Part shown: positions 11,899 to 20,885 of the stretch, in pieces
Position numbering within the stretch: position 1 is the first letter of the stretch
How the letters are laid out: each line of letters opens with the position of its first letter
Assembly: GCA_014465955.1 (NCBI GenBank)
Contig: JACTVT010000003.1
Location: 3,213 to 67,212, forward strand
Direction: 5' to 3'
Origin: Eubacterium sp.
GTDB taxonomy: Bacteria > Bacillota > Clostridia > Oscillospirales > Acutalibacteraceae
DNA: 64,000 nt
The notes under the pieces: generated by a model
The model's database searches: none
Told to the model about the DNA's origin: nothing
The model's input: only the letters and a program-made list of their open reading frames with translations
Made by a program: the position numbers and the translations under genes

Positions 11899-12969
11899 AT
11901 GCAGATGACTTTCCGTTGGTTTGGAAAGGAACTTGACACAGTATCTCTTGAACAGATTAAGCAGATTCCTAATGTTACGGGTATTGTGCCTGCTCTTCAC
12001 GATTTGCCTGCGGGTGAGGCGTGGATGATGGACAGAGTACAGGCTATGTATGACGAAATTACTGCTGCAGGGCTTTCAATGGAATGTATTGAAAGTGTTA
12101 ATGTTCACGAGGATATTAAAATCGGTCTTCCGAGCCGTGATAAGTATATTGAAAATTATAAAACTTCAATCAGAAATCTGGCAAAAGTCGGTGTAAAATG
12201 TATTTGCTACAATTTTATGCCCGTGTTTGACTGGACTCGAACAGACCTTTATATGCCTCTGCCTGACGGCTCAACCTGCCTTTGCTACGACGGTAAGCAG
12301 GTTGAGGGCAAATCACCCGAGGATATGTTCAAGGAGATTGACGACAATTCAAACGGTTATGCCATGCCCGGTTGGGAAAGTGAAAGAATGGGCGAAATCA
12401 AAGACCTGTTTGAAAAATACAAGGGCGTTACAGCAGATGATTTGTGGGCAAATTTAAAGTATTTCCTTGAGGCAATTATGCCTGTCTGTGAGGAATGTGA
12501 CGTTAAAATGGCAATTCACCCTGATGATCCGCCGTGGAGCATTTTCGGTTTGCCGAGAATTATTACGGGCAAAGATGCACTCAAAAAACTTCTTACAATG
12601 GTTCCGAGCAAGTATAACGGTGTAACGCTTTGCACAGGCTCGCTCGGTGCAAGTCCTAAAAATGATATGGTTGATATTATCAAAGACCCAGTTATAAGCG
12701 AAAGAATTTATTTTGCGCATCTTCGTAATGTTTCCATAAATGATCAGTGGTTTAATGAAACATCGCACGAAAGCAATGCGGGCTCGCTTGATATGTATGA
12801 AATCGTTAAGGCTTTGCAGGAGGTCGGTTTTGACGGCTATATCCGCCCTGACCACGGCAGAATGATATGGGGTGAGGTTGCAAGACCCGGTTATGGTTTG
12901 TTTGACCGTGCCCTTGGCGTAAGTTATCTTAACGGACTCTGGGAAGCCGTAGAAAAATCATCAAAATAA
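11899..12969 (+). CDS. uxuA: Mannonate dehydratase
   Basis: MQMTFRWFG, ICYNFMPVFDWTRT, AIHPDDPP, RPDHGR, RPGYGLFDRALG. Confidence 0.97.
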   Translation: MQMTFRWFGKELDTVSLEQIKQIPNVTGIVPALHDLPAGEAWMMDRVQAMYDEITAAGLSMECIESVNVHEDIKIGLPSRDKYIENYKTSIRNLAKVGVKCICYNFMPVFDWTRTDLYMPLPDGSTCLCYDGKQVEGKSPEDMFKEIDDNSNGYAMPGWESERMGEIKDLFEKYKGVTADDLWANLKYFLEAIMPVCEECDVKMAIHPDDPPWSIFGLPRIITGKDALKKLLTMVPSKYNGVTLCTGSLGASPKNDMVDIIKDPVISERIYFAHLRNVSINDQWFNETSHESNAGSLDMYEIVKALQEVGFDGYIRPDHGRMIWGEVARPGYGLFDRALGVSYLNGLWEAVEKSSK

Positions 12970-12970
12970 A

Positions 12971-13036
12971 GTAGGGGGAGGGTCTCTGTGCCCTCCCGAA
13001 AAACACAATCACGTAGAGGCGGATACTATCCGCTCG
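12971..13036 (+). repeat. Two GTAG-REP hairpins (12971-12998, 13013-13036)
   Basis: GTAGGGGGAGGGTCTCTGTGCCCTCCCG; GTAGAGGCGGATACTATCCGCTCG. Confidence 0.8.
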
Positions 13037-13065
13037 CTTAAAACTAAAATACAGGAGCAATCAAT

Positions 13066-13914
13066 ATGACACATGAAAACTTAAAGGGCAGAGTTGCAGT
13101 TGTAACAGGCGGCGGCGGTGTGCTTTGCGGTGCTTTTGCCAAAACGCTTGCAAAGCAGGGCGTTAAAGTTGCTGTCCTTGATTTAAATGAAGAGGCAGCA
13201 CAGAAATGTGCAGATGAAATTAATGCAGACGGCGGCACGGCAATCGCAGTCGGTTGTAATGTGCTTGAGCTTGAATCTATGCAGCAGGCGAGGGACATTG
13301 TTGCCGAAAAGCTCGGCACCTGCGACATTCTTTTAAACGGCGCAGGCGGCAATAATCCAAAGGGCACAACTACAAAAGACACGCTTGAAAAAATCGACCT
13401 TGTTCAGAAAGACGAAAATATCAAAACATTTTTTGATCTGGATCCAAGCGGTATCAGCTTTGTTTTCAATCTTAATTTTCTCGGCACGCTGATTCCAACG
13501 CAGGTTTTTGCCCGTGATATGGTTGAAAAGGAAAATTCGTGCATAGTTATGGTAACTTCGATGAATGCTTTCAGACCGCTTACACGAATTCCCGCATATT
13601 CGGCGGCAAAAGCGGCTGTTAAGAATTTTACGGAATGGATGGCAGTTCATTTTGCACCGATGGGAATCCGTGTAAATGCAATCGCACCCGGCTTTTTCTC
13701 AACAAAGCAGAATGCGGCGCTTCTCTGGAATGAGGACGGTACACCGACCGAGCGCACAGGAAAAATTTTAAATGCAACTCCGATGAACCGTTTCGGTGAG
13801 CCTGAAGAGCTTGACGGTACACTTCTCTTCCTTTGCGATGAAACTTACAGTGGCTTTATTACGGGTGTAAATATCCCCGTAGACGGCGGCTTTAACGCTT
13901 ATTCGGGTGTATAA
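13066..13914 (+). CDS. uxuB: SDR-family D-mannonate oxidoreductase (UxuB-like)
   Basis: TGGGGVL, LLNGAGGNNPKGTT, PLTRIPAYSAAKAA; follows uxuA. Confidence 0.85.
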   Translation: MTHENLKGRVAVVTGGGGVLCGAFAKTLAKQGVKVAVLDLNEEAAQKCADEINADGGTAIAVGCNVLELESMQQARDIVAEKLGTCDILLNGAGGNNPKGTTTKDTLEKIDLVQKDENIKTFFDLDPSGISFVFNLNFLGTLIPTQVFARDMVEKENSCIVMVTSMNAFRPLTRIPAYSAAKAAVKNFTEWMAVHFAPMGIRVNAIAPGFFSTKQNAALLWNEDGTPTERTGKILNATPMNRFGEPEELDGTLLFLCDETYSGFITGVNIPVDGGFNAYSGV

Positions 13915-13923
13915 TTTATATTT

Positions 13924-13960
13924 TGGGCAGAGAGATAGAGAATCTCTTTGCCCGTTTTTT
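13924..13960 (+). terminator. Intrinsic terminator after uxuB
   Basis: GGGCAGAGAGAT-AGAGA-ATCTCTTTGCCC followed by a T tract. Confidence 0.75.
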
Positions 13961-14004
13961 ATATTATTATTGTATATGATGTTTTATTGTGATAATATAT
14001 ATTT

Positions 14005-14111
14005 GTAGGGGCGGGTCTCTGTGCCCGCCCGAAAATAATGGGTCGGTGATGGTATCGACCCAGACAAAGTTTAAATGTACAATCGTAGGGCGGGCTGCCC
14101 TCAGCCCGCCG
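14005..14111. repeat. Three GTAG-REP hairpins upstream of lemA (14005-14031 +, 14039-14065 - degenerate, 14085-14111 +)
   Basis: GTAG-GGCGGGCTG-CCCT-CAGCCCGCC-G and related. Confidence 0.8.
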
Positions 14112-14127
14112 AATTATAAAAGGAGAA

Positions 14128-14688
14128 ATGATTATGAAATACGCAGTTATTGCAATCGTTGTTATTGTGGTGCTTCTTGCACTTTATATCGGTAAGACTT
14201 ACAATTCGCTTGTAAAGAGCCGAAACACGGTTGAAGAGGCTTTTGCCACGATGGACGTTTATCTTAAAAAGCGCTGGGATCTGATTCCGAATATTGTTGC
14301 TTCTGTTAAAGGCTATGCCAAGCACGAGGCGGAAACACTTGAAAAGGTTGTGTCTTTAAGAAACGGTTATCAGAATTTATCTGCTGATGAAAAAATCGAG
14401 GCAAACAAGGAACTCAGCAAGGGCATTGCAAGTATAAATGTTGTTGCCGAGCAGTATCCCGATTTAAAGGCAAATGAAAACTTTCTCAATCTTAACAATC
14501 AATTGCAGAAAAACGAAGAAGATATTGCAAACGCAAGGAAGTATTACAATGCCGTTGTTAAAAAGTACAATAATAAAGTCGAAATGTTTCCGTCAAGCAT
14601 TGTTGCATCAATGTTTAAATTTGCAAGAAAAACGATGTTTGTTATTGAAAATGAGGCTGAAAAGCAGGCAGTTAAGGTGGAATTTTAA
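14128..14688 (+). CDS. lemA: LemA family protein
   Basis: N-terminal TM helix, YNSLV, KKRWDLIPN, EQYPDLKANENF, ARKYYN, FPSSIVA. Confidence 0.95.
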   Translation: MIMKYAVIAIVVIVVLLALYIGKTYNSLVKSRNTVEEAFATMDVYLKKRWDLIPNIVASVKGYAKHEAETLEKVVSLRNGYQNLSADEKIEANKELSKGIASINVVAEQYPDLKANENFLNLNNQLQKNEEDIANARKYYNAVVKKYNNKVEMFPSSIVASMFKFARKTMFVIENEAEKQAVKVEF

Positions 14689-16379
14689 TGAAAGCATTTA
14701 AAAAATCCGTATTCATTCTGCTTGCAGTTTTAATCGTTTTATTTGTACCGTTTTCGGCATTTGCAAATGATTATTCGTTCAAGCCGTATTATTTCAGCAG
14801 TTATGATGTTGAAATAAATGTTACCGAGGATAATATTTTGCAGGTTACCGAAAATATTGATGCAAATTTTAATCAGCCGAGGCACGGTATTTACAGAAAT
14901 ATTCCCGTTAAAAACAGTGTTCAGCGTGCCGATGGTACAACAGGCACAACCCGTGCAAAAATCTCTCATGTTCGGTGCAGTGATAATTATTCGTCTTCAT
15001 TTGAAAACAGCAGTTACGTTATGCAGATTGGTGATGAAGATGTAACACTTACAGGCCCTCATCATTACGAAATTTCTTATGATTACAAATTCGGCAAAGA
15101 TATTGCAGACGGTGCAGATGAATTTTATTATAATATCATCGGTGACGGCTGGGATACGTATATTCAGAATGTTACGTTTAAAATTACAATGCCTAAGGAA
15201 TTTGAACCTGCATTGCTCGGCTTTTCATCAGGTGCATACGGCACGGAGGGCACTGATAAAATTGAGTATTATGTAAACGGCAATGAAATTTCAGGCAGGC
15301 TCACAAGCGATTTGGCCCCGTATGAGGCTTTCACGGTGAGGCTTGAACTGCCTGACGGATATTTTTATTTCAATGAGTCGGCACATATGGCAAGGCTTGC
15401 TTTGATGATTGCAATTCCTGTACTTTGCCTGTTGTTTGTTCTTCTGATTTGGTCAAAATTCGGCAAGGATAAAAAGGTTGATGAAATTGTTGAATTCTAT
15501 CCGCCCGAGGGTATGAGCAGTGCCGATGTTGCATTCTGGTATAAGGGCGCATTCACAAATCAGGACGCCGTTCCGCTTTTGATTGAACTTGCCAATGAGG
15601 GTTATATAAAAATCGGCAGCGGCAGGCGCAGAAATGATTATGTTATTGAACGTGTAAAAGCGTATGACGGCAGTGATGAAAACAAGCATATTTTCTTCAG
15701 CGGACTGTTTGAAAACGGCAGAAAAACCGTCACGGGTGATGACCTTGAAGAAAAGTTTTATACTTATCTGAATCGGATTACTGTAAATTACAGTTCGTTT
15801 GAAAACAGGCATCGTGTTTACAGTTCATCATCACTTGCGCTGAGAGTTCTTTGCTGGGCTGCTTCAATTATCTGTTTTGCTCTGAATATATTTATTTTTA
15901 TCGGCACTTTCGGCACGGTTGATAAGGTGATTGCCTTTGCAGTCGGTGAATTGATATGCTTTATTGCGTTTATTACGGCATTTTTTGTGCGAAAAAGAAC
16001 AGATGAGGGGCATATGAATCTGCAGAAAATCAAGGGCTTTAAAATGTTTCTTGAAACTGCTGAAAAAGAGCGCCTTGAAACGCTTGTTGATGAAAACCCC
16101 GAGTATTTTTATGACATTATGCCGTATGCCTATGTTCTCGGTGTGTCTGATAAGTGGATGAAGAAATTTGAAAATATTGCCATAAATCCGCCTTCGTGGT
16201 ATTATGGCTATAATACTTTCACGTTCCACACAATGTATCATTTTATGAACAGCACTGTCAGAAACTGTTCCGAGGCTATGACGTCTGTGCCGCAGACCTC
16301 GTCAAGCGGAGGATTTTCAGGCGGCGGCGGTGGCTTCTCGGGCGGCGGCTCCGGCGGTGGCGGCGGTGGCAGTTGGTAA
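14688..16379 (+). CDS. DUF2207 family membrane protein
   Basis: Signal peptide, HGIYRNIP, FYYNIIG, MPYAYVLGV, Gly-rich tail ending GGGGGSW; typical lemA partner. Confidence 0.88.
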   Translation: MKAFKKSVFILLAVLIVLFVPFSAFANDYSFKPYYFSSYDVEINVTEDNILQVTENIDANFNQPRHGIYRNIPVKNSVQRADGTTGTTRAKISHVRCSDNYSSSFENSSYVMQIGDEDVTLTGPHHYEISYDYKFGKDIADGADEFYYNIIGDGWDTYIQNVTFKITMPKEFEPALLGFSSGAYGTEGTDKIEYYVNGNEISGRLTSDLAPYEAFTVRLELPDGYFYFNESAHMARLALMIAIPVLCLLFVLLIWSKFGKDKKVDEIVEFYPPEGMSSADVAFWYKGAFTNQDAVPLLIELANEGYIKIGSGRRRNDYVIERVKAYDGSDENKHIFFSGLFENGRKTVTGDDLEEKFYTYLNRITVNYSSFENRHRVYSSSSLALRVLCWAASIICFALNIFIFIGTFGTVDKVIAFAVGELICFIAFITAFFVRKRTDEGHMNLQKIKGFKMFLETAEKERLETLVDENPEYFYDIMPYAYVLGVSDKWMKKFENIAINPPSWYYGYNTFTFHTMYHFMNSTVRNCSEAMTSVPQTSSSGGFSGGGGGFSGGGSGGGGGGSW

Positions 16380-16411
16380 AGTTTGCAGTCGATATCATCA
16401 GCGACATGATT

Positions 16412-16438
16412 CGGCAGTCTGAGGGCAGACCGCCCTAC
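16412..16438 (-). repeat. GTAG-REP hairpin
   Basis: Minus strand GTAG-GGCGGTCTG-CCCT-CAGACTGCC-G. Confidence 0.85.
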
Positions 16439-16447
16439 GAAAATGAA

Positions 16448-16490
16448 TAAAGAGCACAGAAACATTAAATTTCCGTGCTCTTATTTTTTA
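16448..16490. terminator. Hairpin terminator between convergent DUF2207 and LOG genes
   Basis: AGAGCAC(A)GAAA-CATTAAA-TTTC(C)GTGCTCT with A/T tracts. Confidence 0.65.
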
Positions 16491-17084
16491 TTCTTTATCA
16501 CCATTCAAAAAAGCATATCGCAGTTCATTTGTATCGGCTGTTTCGCCTGCATAATTTTTGATATAATCAAGCATCGGGTCAATTTCGTCAAAAACCCCAA
16601 TCAAATCAAGTGACTCTTTTTTGAGAAAGTTTTCTTCAACCGTTTTATTCAGCATATGAATCATATCGTCATAAAAACCGTGTGCGTTGAAAATAACGAT
16701 TGCCTTTTTGTGCCTGCCGAGTTGTTTTAATGTATACACTTCAAAGAATTCTTCAAATGTGCCGATACCGCCGGGGGCAATAATAAAAGCGTCGGCGTGG
16801 TCTTCCATATAAGTTTTACGCTCTGCCATTGTTTCGGTGTGCATAAATTCCGTGCACTTATCATAGAGCACGTTATATTGCTTCATAAAATGCGGCGCTA
16901 CGCCTAAAATATAACCGCCGCCGTCGTAAACACCACGTGCAGATGCGCCCATTACGCCCGTGCTTCCGCCGCCGAACACAAGCCCGATACCTTTTTCAGC
17001 CATTTTCAGGCCCAAATTATAGGCTGATTTTATATATTTATCTTCAATAATATCGCTTGATGCGCCAAATACGCAAATGTTCAT
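16488..17084 (-). CDS. LOG-family nucleotide phosphoribohydrolase (TIGR00730-like)
   Basis: ICVFGASS, LVFGGG, MAERK, APGGIGTFEE. Confidence 0.9.
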   Translation of the reverse strand: MNICVFGASSDIIEDKYIKSAYNLGLKMAEKGIGLVFGGGSTGVMGASARGVYDGGGYILGVAPHFMKQYNVLYDKCTEFMHTETMAERKTYMEDHADAFIIAPGGIGTFEEFFEVYTLKQLGRHKKAIVIFNAHGFYDDMIHMLNKTVEENFLKKESLDLIGVFDEIDPMLDYIKNYAGETADTNELRYAFLNGDKE

Positions 17085-17180
17085 AATGATCACCTTTACA
17101 TCTTTTTGTTTATTGTAAAATACAGTATATTATCAGTATATCAAAAATAAAAAAAATGTTCAATAATAATTAAAATAAAG

Positions 17181-17209
17181 TTGAAATGAGAATATTATAG
17201 GTATATAAT
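17181..17209 (+). promoter_or_regulatory. Sigma-A promoter of uxaC-kdgK
   Basis: TTGAAA-17 nt-TATAAT. Confidence 0.65.
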
Positions 17210-17239
17210 ATTCCCGAATAAATTTCAGGAGGTTATTTT

Positions 17240-18640
17240 GTGAAACCTTTTATGGATAAGGATTTTCTGCTGGATACTGAATCGGCACGTCTTCTTTTTC
17301 ACGATTACTGTGAAAATCTGCCGATTTGTGATTACCACTGTCACCTCAGCCCGCAGGAAATTTATGAGAATAAACAGCCTGCCGATATTGCCGAATTATG
17401 GCTCAAGGGAGATCATTATAAATGGCGTGCAATGCGCTCCTGCGGCGTGCCCGAGGAATACTGCACGGGCGATAAATCGGGCAAAGAAAAATTTGAAAAA
17501 TTTGCTTACACGCTTCAATACGCAATCGGCAATCCGCTTTATCACTGGGCACATATTGAACTGCAGAAATATTTTGATATAGATACTCCGCTGTCAGCAA
17601 AAACGGCAGATGATATTTATGAGCGTGCCAATAAGGCGATTGAGCAGGGAGATTTCAGACCGCAGAGTCTTATTATGAATTCAAATGTTAAGGTTGTCTG
17701 CACAACCGATGACCCGATTGATGATTTGAAGTACCACAAACTTCTTAAAAATGTTAAAGATTTCGATTGTAAAGTTCTGCCGTCTTTCCGCCCAGATAAG
17801 GCGCTTAATATTAATATTGACGGTTTTGCCGATTATATTAATGCACTTGAAAAAGCATCGGGCATTGAGATTAATTCGTATAAAGACGTTATTACGGCAC
17901 TTCTTGATAGAGCAGATTATTTTGATAAGGCTGGCTGCCGTGTTTCGGATCAGGCTTTTGAGCATATTCCGTATGAAATTGCAGATGATGATACCGTAAA
18001 TGTTATTTTCCAAAAGGCAATGAACGGTCAGGCAGTGACTGCAAAAGAGGCAGATATTTATAAAACGCCGATTCTTCTTGCGCTCGGTGAAAAGTATCAC
18101 AGCCTTGGCTGGACAATGGAAATTCATATCGGCGCAATGCGCAATAATAACACGGCGATGTTTCATTCACTCGGCGCAGACACAGGCTTTGATTCTGTCG
18201 GCGATGATAATATTGCATATAATTTAAGCCGTTTTCTTGATGCACTGAATGTTAAAGGTAGGCTGCCTAAAACGATTTTGTTTAATCTTAATAATAAAGA
18301 CAACATTGTGCTTGCAACTATGCTCGGTAATTTCCAGAGCAGTGAGGCAGAGTCTAAGCTGCAGTTCGGTCCTGCGTGGTGGTTTCTTGACACGCTTGAT
18401 GGTATGACCGACCAACTTAAATCCCTTGGCAACCTCGGTGTGCTCGGCAAATTTGTCGGTATGGAAACGGATTCCCGTTCGTTCACATCATACGGCAGGC
18501 ACGATTATTTCAGGCGTATTATGTGCCGCCTTATCGGCAGATGGGTTGAAGACGGCTGGTATGCCGCAGATGACGAAATGCTTAAAGAAATCGTGCAGGG
18601 CATTTCCTTTAACAATGCAATGAAATATTTTAATTTTTAA
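17240..18640 (+). CDS. uxaC: Glucuronate isomerase
   Basis: DYHCHL, GDHYKWRAMR, GNPLYHW, CTTDDP, GPAWWF, DSRSFTSYGRHDYFRR. Confidence 0.97.
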   Translation: MKPFMDKDFLLDTESARLLFHDYCENLPICDYHCHLSPQEIYENKQPADIAELWLKGDHYKWRAMRSCGVPEEYCTGDKSGKEKFEKFAYTLQYAIGNPLYHWAHIELQKYFDIDTPLSAKTADDIYERANKAIEQGDFRPQSLIMNSNVKVVCTTDDPIDDLKYHKLLKNVKDFDCKVLPSFRPDKALNINIDGFADYINALEKASGIEINSYKDVITALLDRADYFDKAGCRVSDQAFEHIPYEIADDDTVNVIFQKAMNGQAVTAKEADIYKTPILLALGEKYHSLGWTMEIHIGAMRNNNTAMFHSLGADTGFDSVGDDNIAYNLSRFLDALNVKGRLPKTILFNLNNKDNIVLATMLGNFQSSEAESKLQFGPAWWFLDTLDGMTDQLKSLGNLGVLGKFVGMETDSRSFTSYGRHDYFRRIMCRLIGRWVEDGWYAADDEMLKEIVQGISFNNAMKYFNF

Positions 18641-18655
18641 TCTTCGGAGGACATT

Positions 18656-19753
18656 ATGGAACTTAATTTAAGACCGAAAAATGAGTGTATGTTTGATGAA
18701 ATTTCGCTCGGCGAGATTATGCTTCGTCTTGACCCGGGTGAGGGCAGAATTAAAACCGCCCGTTCGTTCCGTGCATGGGAGGGCGGCGGTGAATATAATG
18801 TTGCCCGTGGACTTCGCCGCTGTTTTGGTATGAAAACAGGCGTGGTTACTGCATTTGCCGAAAATGAAATCGGTTATCTGCTTGAAGATCTGATTCTTCA
18901 GGGCGGTGTGGATACTTCTCTTATCAAATGGGTGAAGTATGACGGCATTGGCAGAACAACACGCAACGGTATTAATTTTACAGAACGCGGCTTCGGTATC
19001 AGAGGTGCGGTAGGCACATCTGACAGGGGCAATACTGCTATCAGTCAGTTAAAACCCGGCGATATTGACTGGGATTATATCTTCGGCAAACTCGGCGTTC
19101 GCTGGCTTCATACAGGCGGTATTTATGCCGCTCTTTCCGAAAATTCGGCACAGGTTGTTATTGAGGCGGTCAAGGCTGCTAAAAAATACGGCACAATTGT
19201 TTCTTATGACCTTAACTATCGCCCGTCACTCTGGAATGATATCGGCGGTCAGGCAAAAGCGCAGGAGGTTAATAAGGAACTTGCAAAATATGTTGACGTT
19301 ATGATTGGCAACGAAGAAGATTTTACGGCCTGCCTTGGCTTTGAGGTAGAGGGCAACGATGCCGACCTTAAGGAACTGAATATGGACGGTTATGTTAAAA
19401 TGCTCGGCGAGGTTTGCAAAGCTTATCCTAATTTCAAGGTTATTGCAACCACGCTCCGCACTGTTAAAACTGCTACAGTAAATGACTGGAAAGCAATCTG
19501 CTATGCAGACGGCAGGGTTTATAACTCAATCGAATTCCCTGCACTTGAAATTCTTGACCGTGTCGGCGGCGGCGACAGCTTTGCATCAGGTCTTATTTAC
19601 GGACTTATGACTTATGAAGATGCACAAAAGGCAGTTAATTACGGCGTTGTTCACGGTGCACTTGCCATGACTACACCGGGCGATACCTCAATGGCGTCAC
19701 TTAAAGAGGTTGAGGCTAAGGTGAACGGTGCTTCTGCCCGAGTTCAGAGATAA
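18656..19753 (+). CDS. kdgK: 2-keto-3-deoxygluconate kinase (PfkB family)
   Basis: LGEIMLRL, GGGEYNVA, SYDLNYR, DRVGGGDSFASG. Confidence 0.9.
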   Translation: MELNLRPKNECMFDEISLGEIMLRLDPGEGRIKTARSFRAWEGGGEYNVARGLRRCFGMKTGVVTAFAENEIGYLLEDLILQGGVDTSLIKWVKYDGIGRTTRNGINFTERGFGIRGAVGTSDRGNTAISQLKPGDIDWDYIFGKLGVRWLHTGGIYAALSENSAQVVIEAVKAAKKYGTIVSYDLNYRPSLWNDIGGQAKAQEVNKELAKYVDVMIGNEEDFTACLGFEVEGNDADLKELNMDGYVKMLGEVCKAYPNFKVIATTLRTVKTATVNDWKAICYADGRVYNSIEFPALEILDRVGGGDSFASGLIYGLMTYEDAQKAVNYGVVHGALAMTTPGDTSMASLKEVEAKVNGASARVQR

Positions 19754-19877
19754 AACCGTGTCTTTTTCCGTTATACTGCGTTATCGGCAAAATTCCGCTC
19801 GGTCACATACAGCACGTATGCTCCCGTCGACGAAATTTTCCCTCTGCCTTGTCTAACGAAAAAATCCATCGGTTTTA
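19751..19877. mobile_element. MITE-like palindromic element, copy 1
   Basis: Ends TAAAACCGTGTCTTTTTCCG...CGAAAAAATCCATCGGTTTTA; homologous to 46203-46440. Confidence 0.65.
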
Positions 19878-19903
19878 GTGTTATCGGAAAAATAAATAAT
19901 ATT

Positions 19904-19974
19904 GTAGGGGACGATACCCTTATCGTCCCGTAAAATCCAAAAAATCTGTAGGGCGGTCTGTCCTCAGACCGCCG
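19904..19974 (+). repeat. Two GTAG-REP hairpins (19904-19930, 19948-19974)
   Basis: GTAG-GGGACGATA-CCCT-TATCGTCCC-G; GTAG-GGCGGTCTG-TCCT-CAGACCGCC-G. Confidence 0.88.
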
Positions 19975-20005
19975 TATAATCAAAAAATCAACAGGAGAAC
20001 AAACT

Positions 20006-20662
20006 ATGTCAAATAAAATTGAAACACTTGCAAAAATTCAGGAAGTCGGCATTGTTGCCGTTGTTCGTGCAACATCAATTGAACAGGCTGAAAAAATTAC
20101 AGATGCTTGTATCGCAGGCGGCGTTGCCGCTATTGAACTTACATTTACCGTGCCGCATGCAGATAAGTTGATTGAGGCTATGAGAGAAAAATACAGCAGC
20201 GGCGAAATCATTATTGGTGCAGGTACAGTTATGGACGCTGCTACTGCAAGAATTGCAATTCTTGCAGGTGCTGAATATATTGTTTCACCTTATTTTGACC
20301 CTGAAACAGTAAAAACCTGCAACCGTTACGGAATTCCGTCTATGCCGGGTATTTATACACCGACCGAGGCTGTTCACGCAATGGAATGCGGCGCTGACGT
20401 GCTTAAGGTATTCCCCGGTGATATTGCAGGTCCGTCATTTATTAAAGATATTCACGGCCCTATTCCTAACGCAGTTATGATGCCGTCAGGGGGCGTTGAT
20501 GTTGATAATGTTAAGGACTGGATTAAAGCAGGTGCAATTGCCTGCGGCGCAGGTTCATCGCTTATCGCAGGCGCAAAAACAGGCGATTATGATAAAATTA
20601 CAGAAACAGGAAAACTCTTTGTTCAGCGTATTAAAGAGGCACGTGCCGAAATGGCAAAATAA
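20006..20662 (+). CDS. eda: KDPG/KHG aldolase
   Basis: IVAVVR, IELTF, IGAGTV, YIVSP, LKVFP, MPSGGV. Confidence 0.93.
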   Translation: MSNKIETLAKIQEVGIVAVVRATSIEQAEKITDACIAGGVAAIELTFTVPHADKLIEAMREKYSSGEIIIGAGTVMDAATARIAILAGAEYIVSPYFDPETVKTCNRYGIPSMPGIYTPTEAVHAMECGADVLKVFPGDIAGPSFIKDIHGPIPNAVMMPSGGVDVDNVKDWIKAGAIACGAGSSLIAGAKTGDYDKITETGKLFVQRIKEARAEMAK

Positions 20663-20665
20663 TTG

Positions 20666-20694
20666 TTGACAAGCGGTATGAAAATTTATATACT
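20666..20694 (+). promoter_or_regulatory. Sigma-A promoter for the riboswitch/Na-Pi cotransporter unit
   Basis: TTGACA-17 nt-TATACT immediately before the aptamer. Confidence 0.8.
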
Positions 20695-20700
20695 ATGAGT

Positions 20701-20792
20701 ACAAAGGGAGTAGCTTGCACGAACATTCGTGTTTCTCAGTCGTCATTACGATTTTTATAATCCGGCTTTGTAATGAAATAGCGAGACTTTGC
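20701..20792 (+). ncRNA. yybP-ykoY (Mn2+) riboswitch aptamer
   Basis: AAAGGGAGTAGC...GTCGTCATTACG...CCGGC...GCGAGACTTTG matches the conserved segments. Confidence 0.82.
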
Positions 20793-20826
20793 TGTTATAG
20801 ATAATGGCAGAGTCTCTTTTTATTTT
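20783..20826 (+). terminator. Riboswitch expression-platform terminator
   Basis: GAGACTTTGCTG...GGCAGAGTCTC followed by a T tract; its left arm overlaps the 3' strand of aptamer P1. Confidence 0.75.
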
Positions 20827-20885
20827 AATTTCTGCTCTGTTTGGCAAAAATATTAATATCAAAACTATTGAAATGAGGAAAAGAG

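Noticed and set aside
16307..16376. GGC-rich tandem repeat
   Set aside because: It encodes the normal Gly-rich C-terminus of DUF2207 proteins.
19771..19983. 70-aa ORF, and similar ORFs at 13989-14195, 46363-46611 and 62888-63160
   Set aside because: They run through REP/MITE palindromes and have no RBS or recognisable domain.
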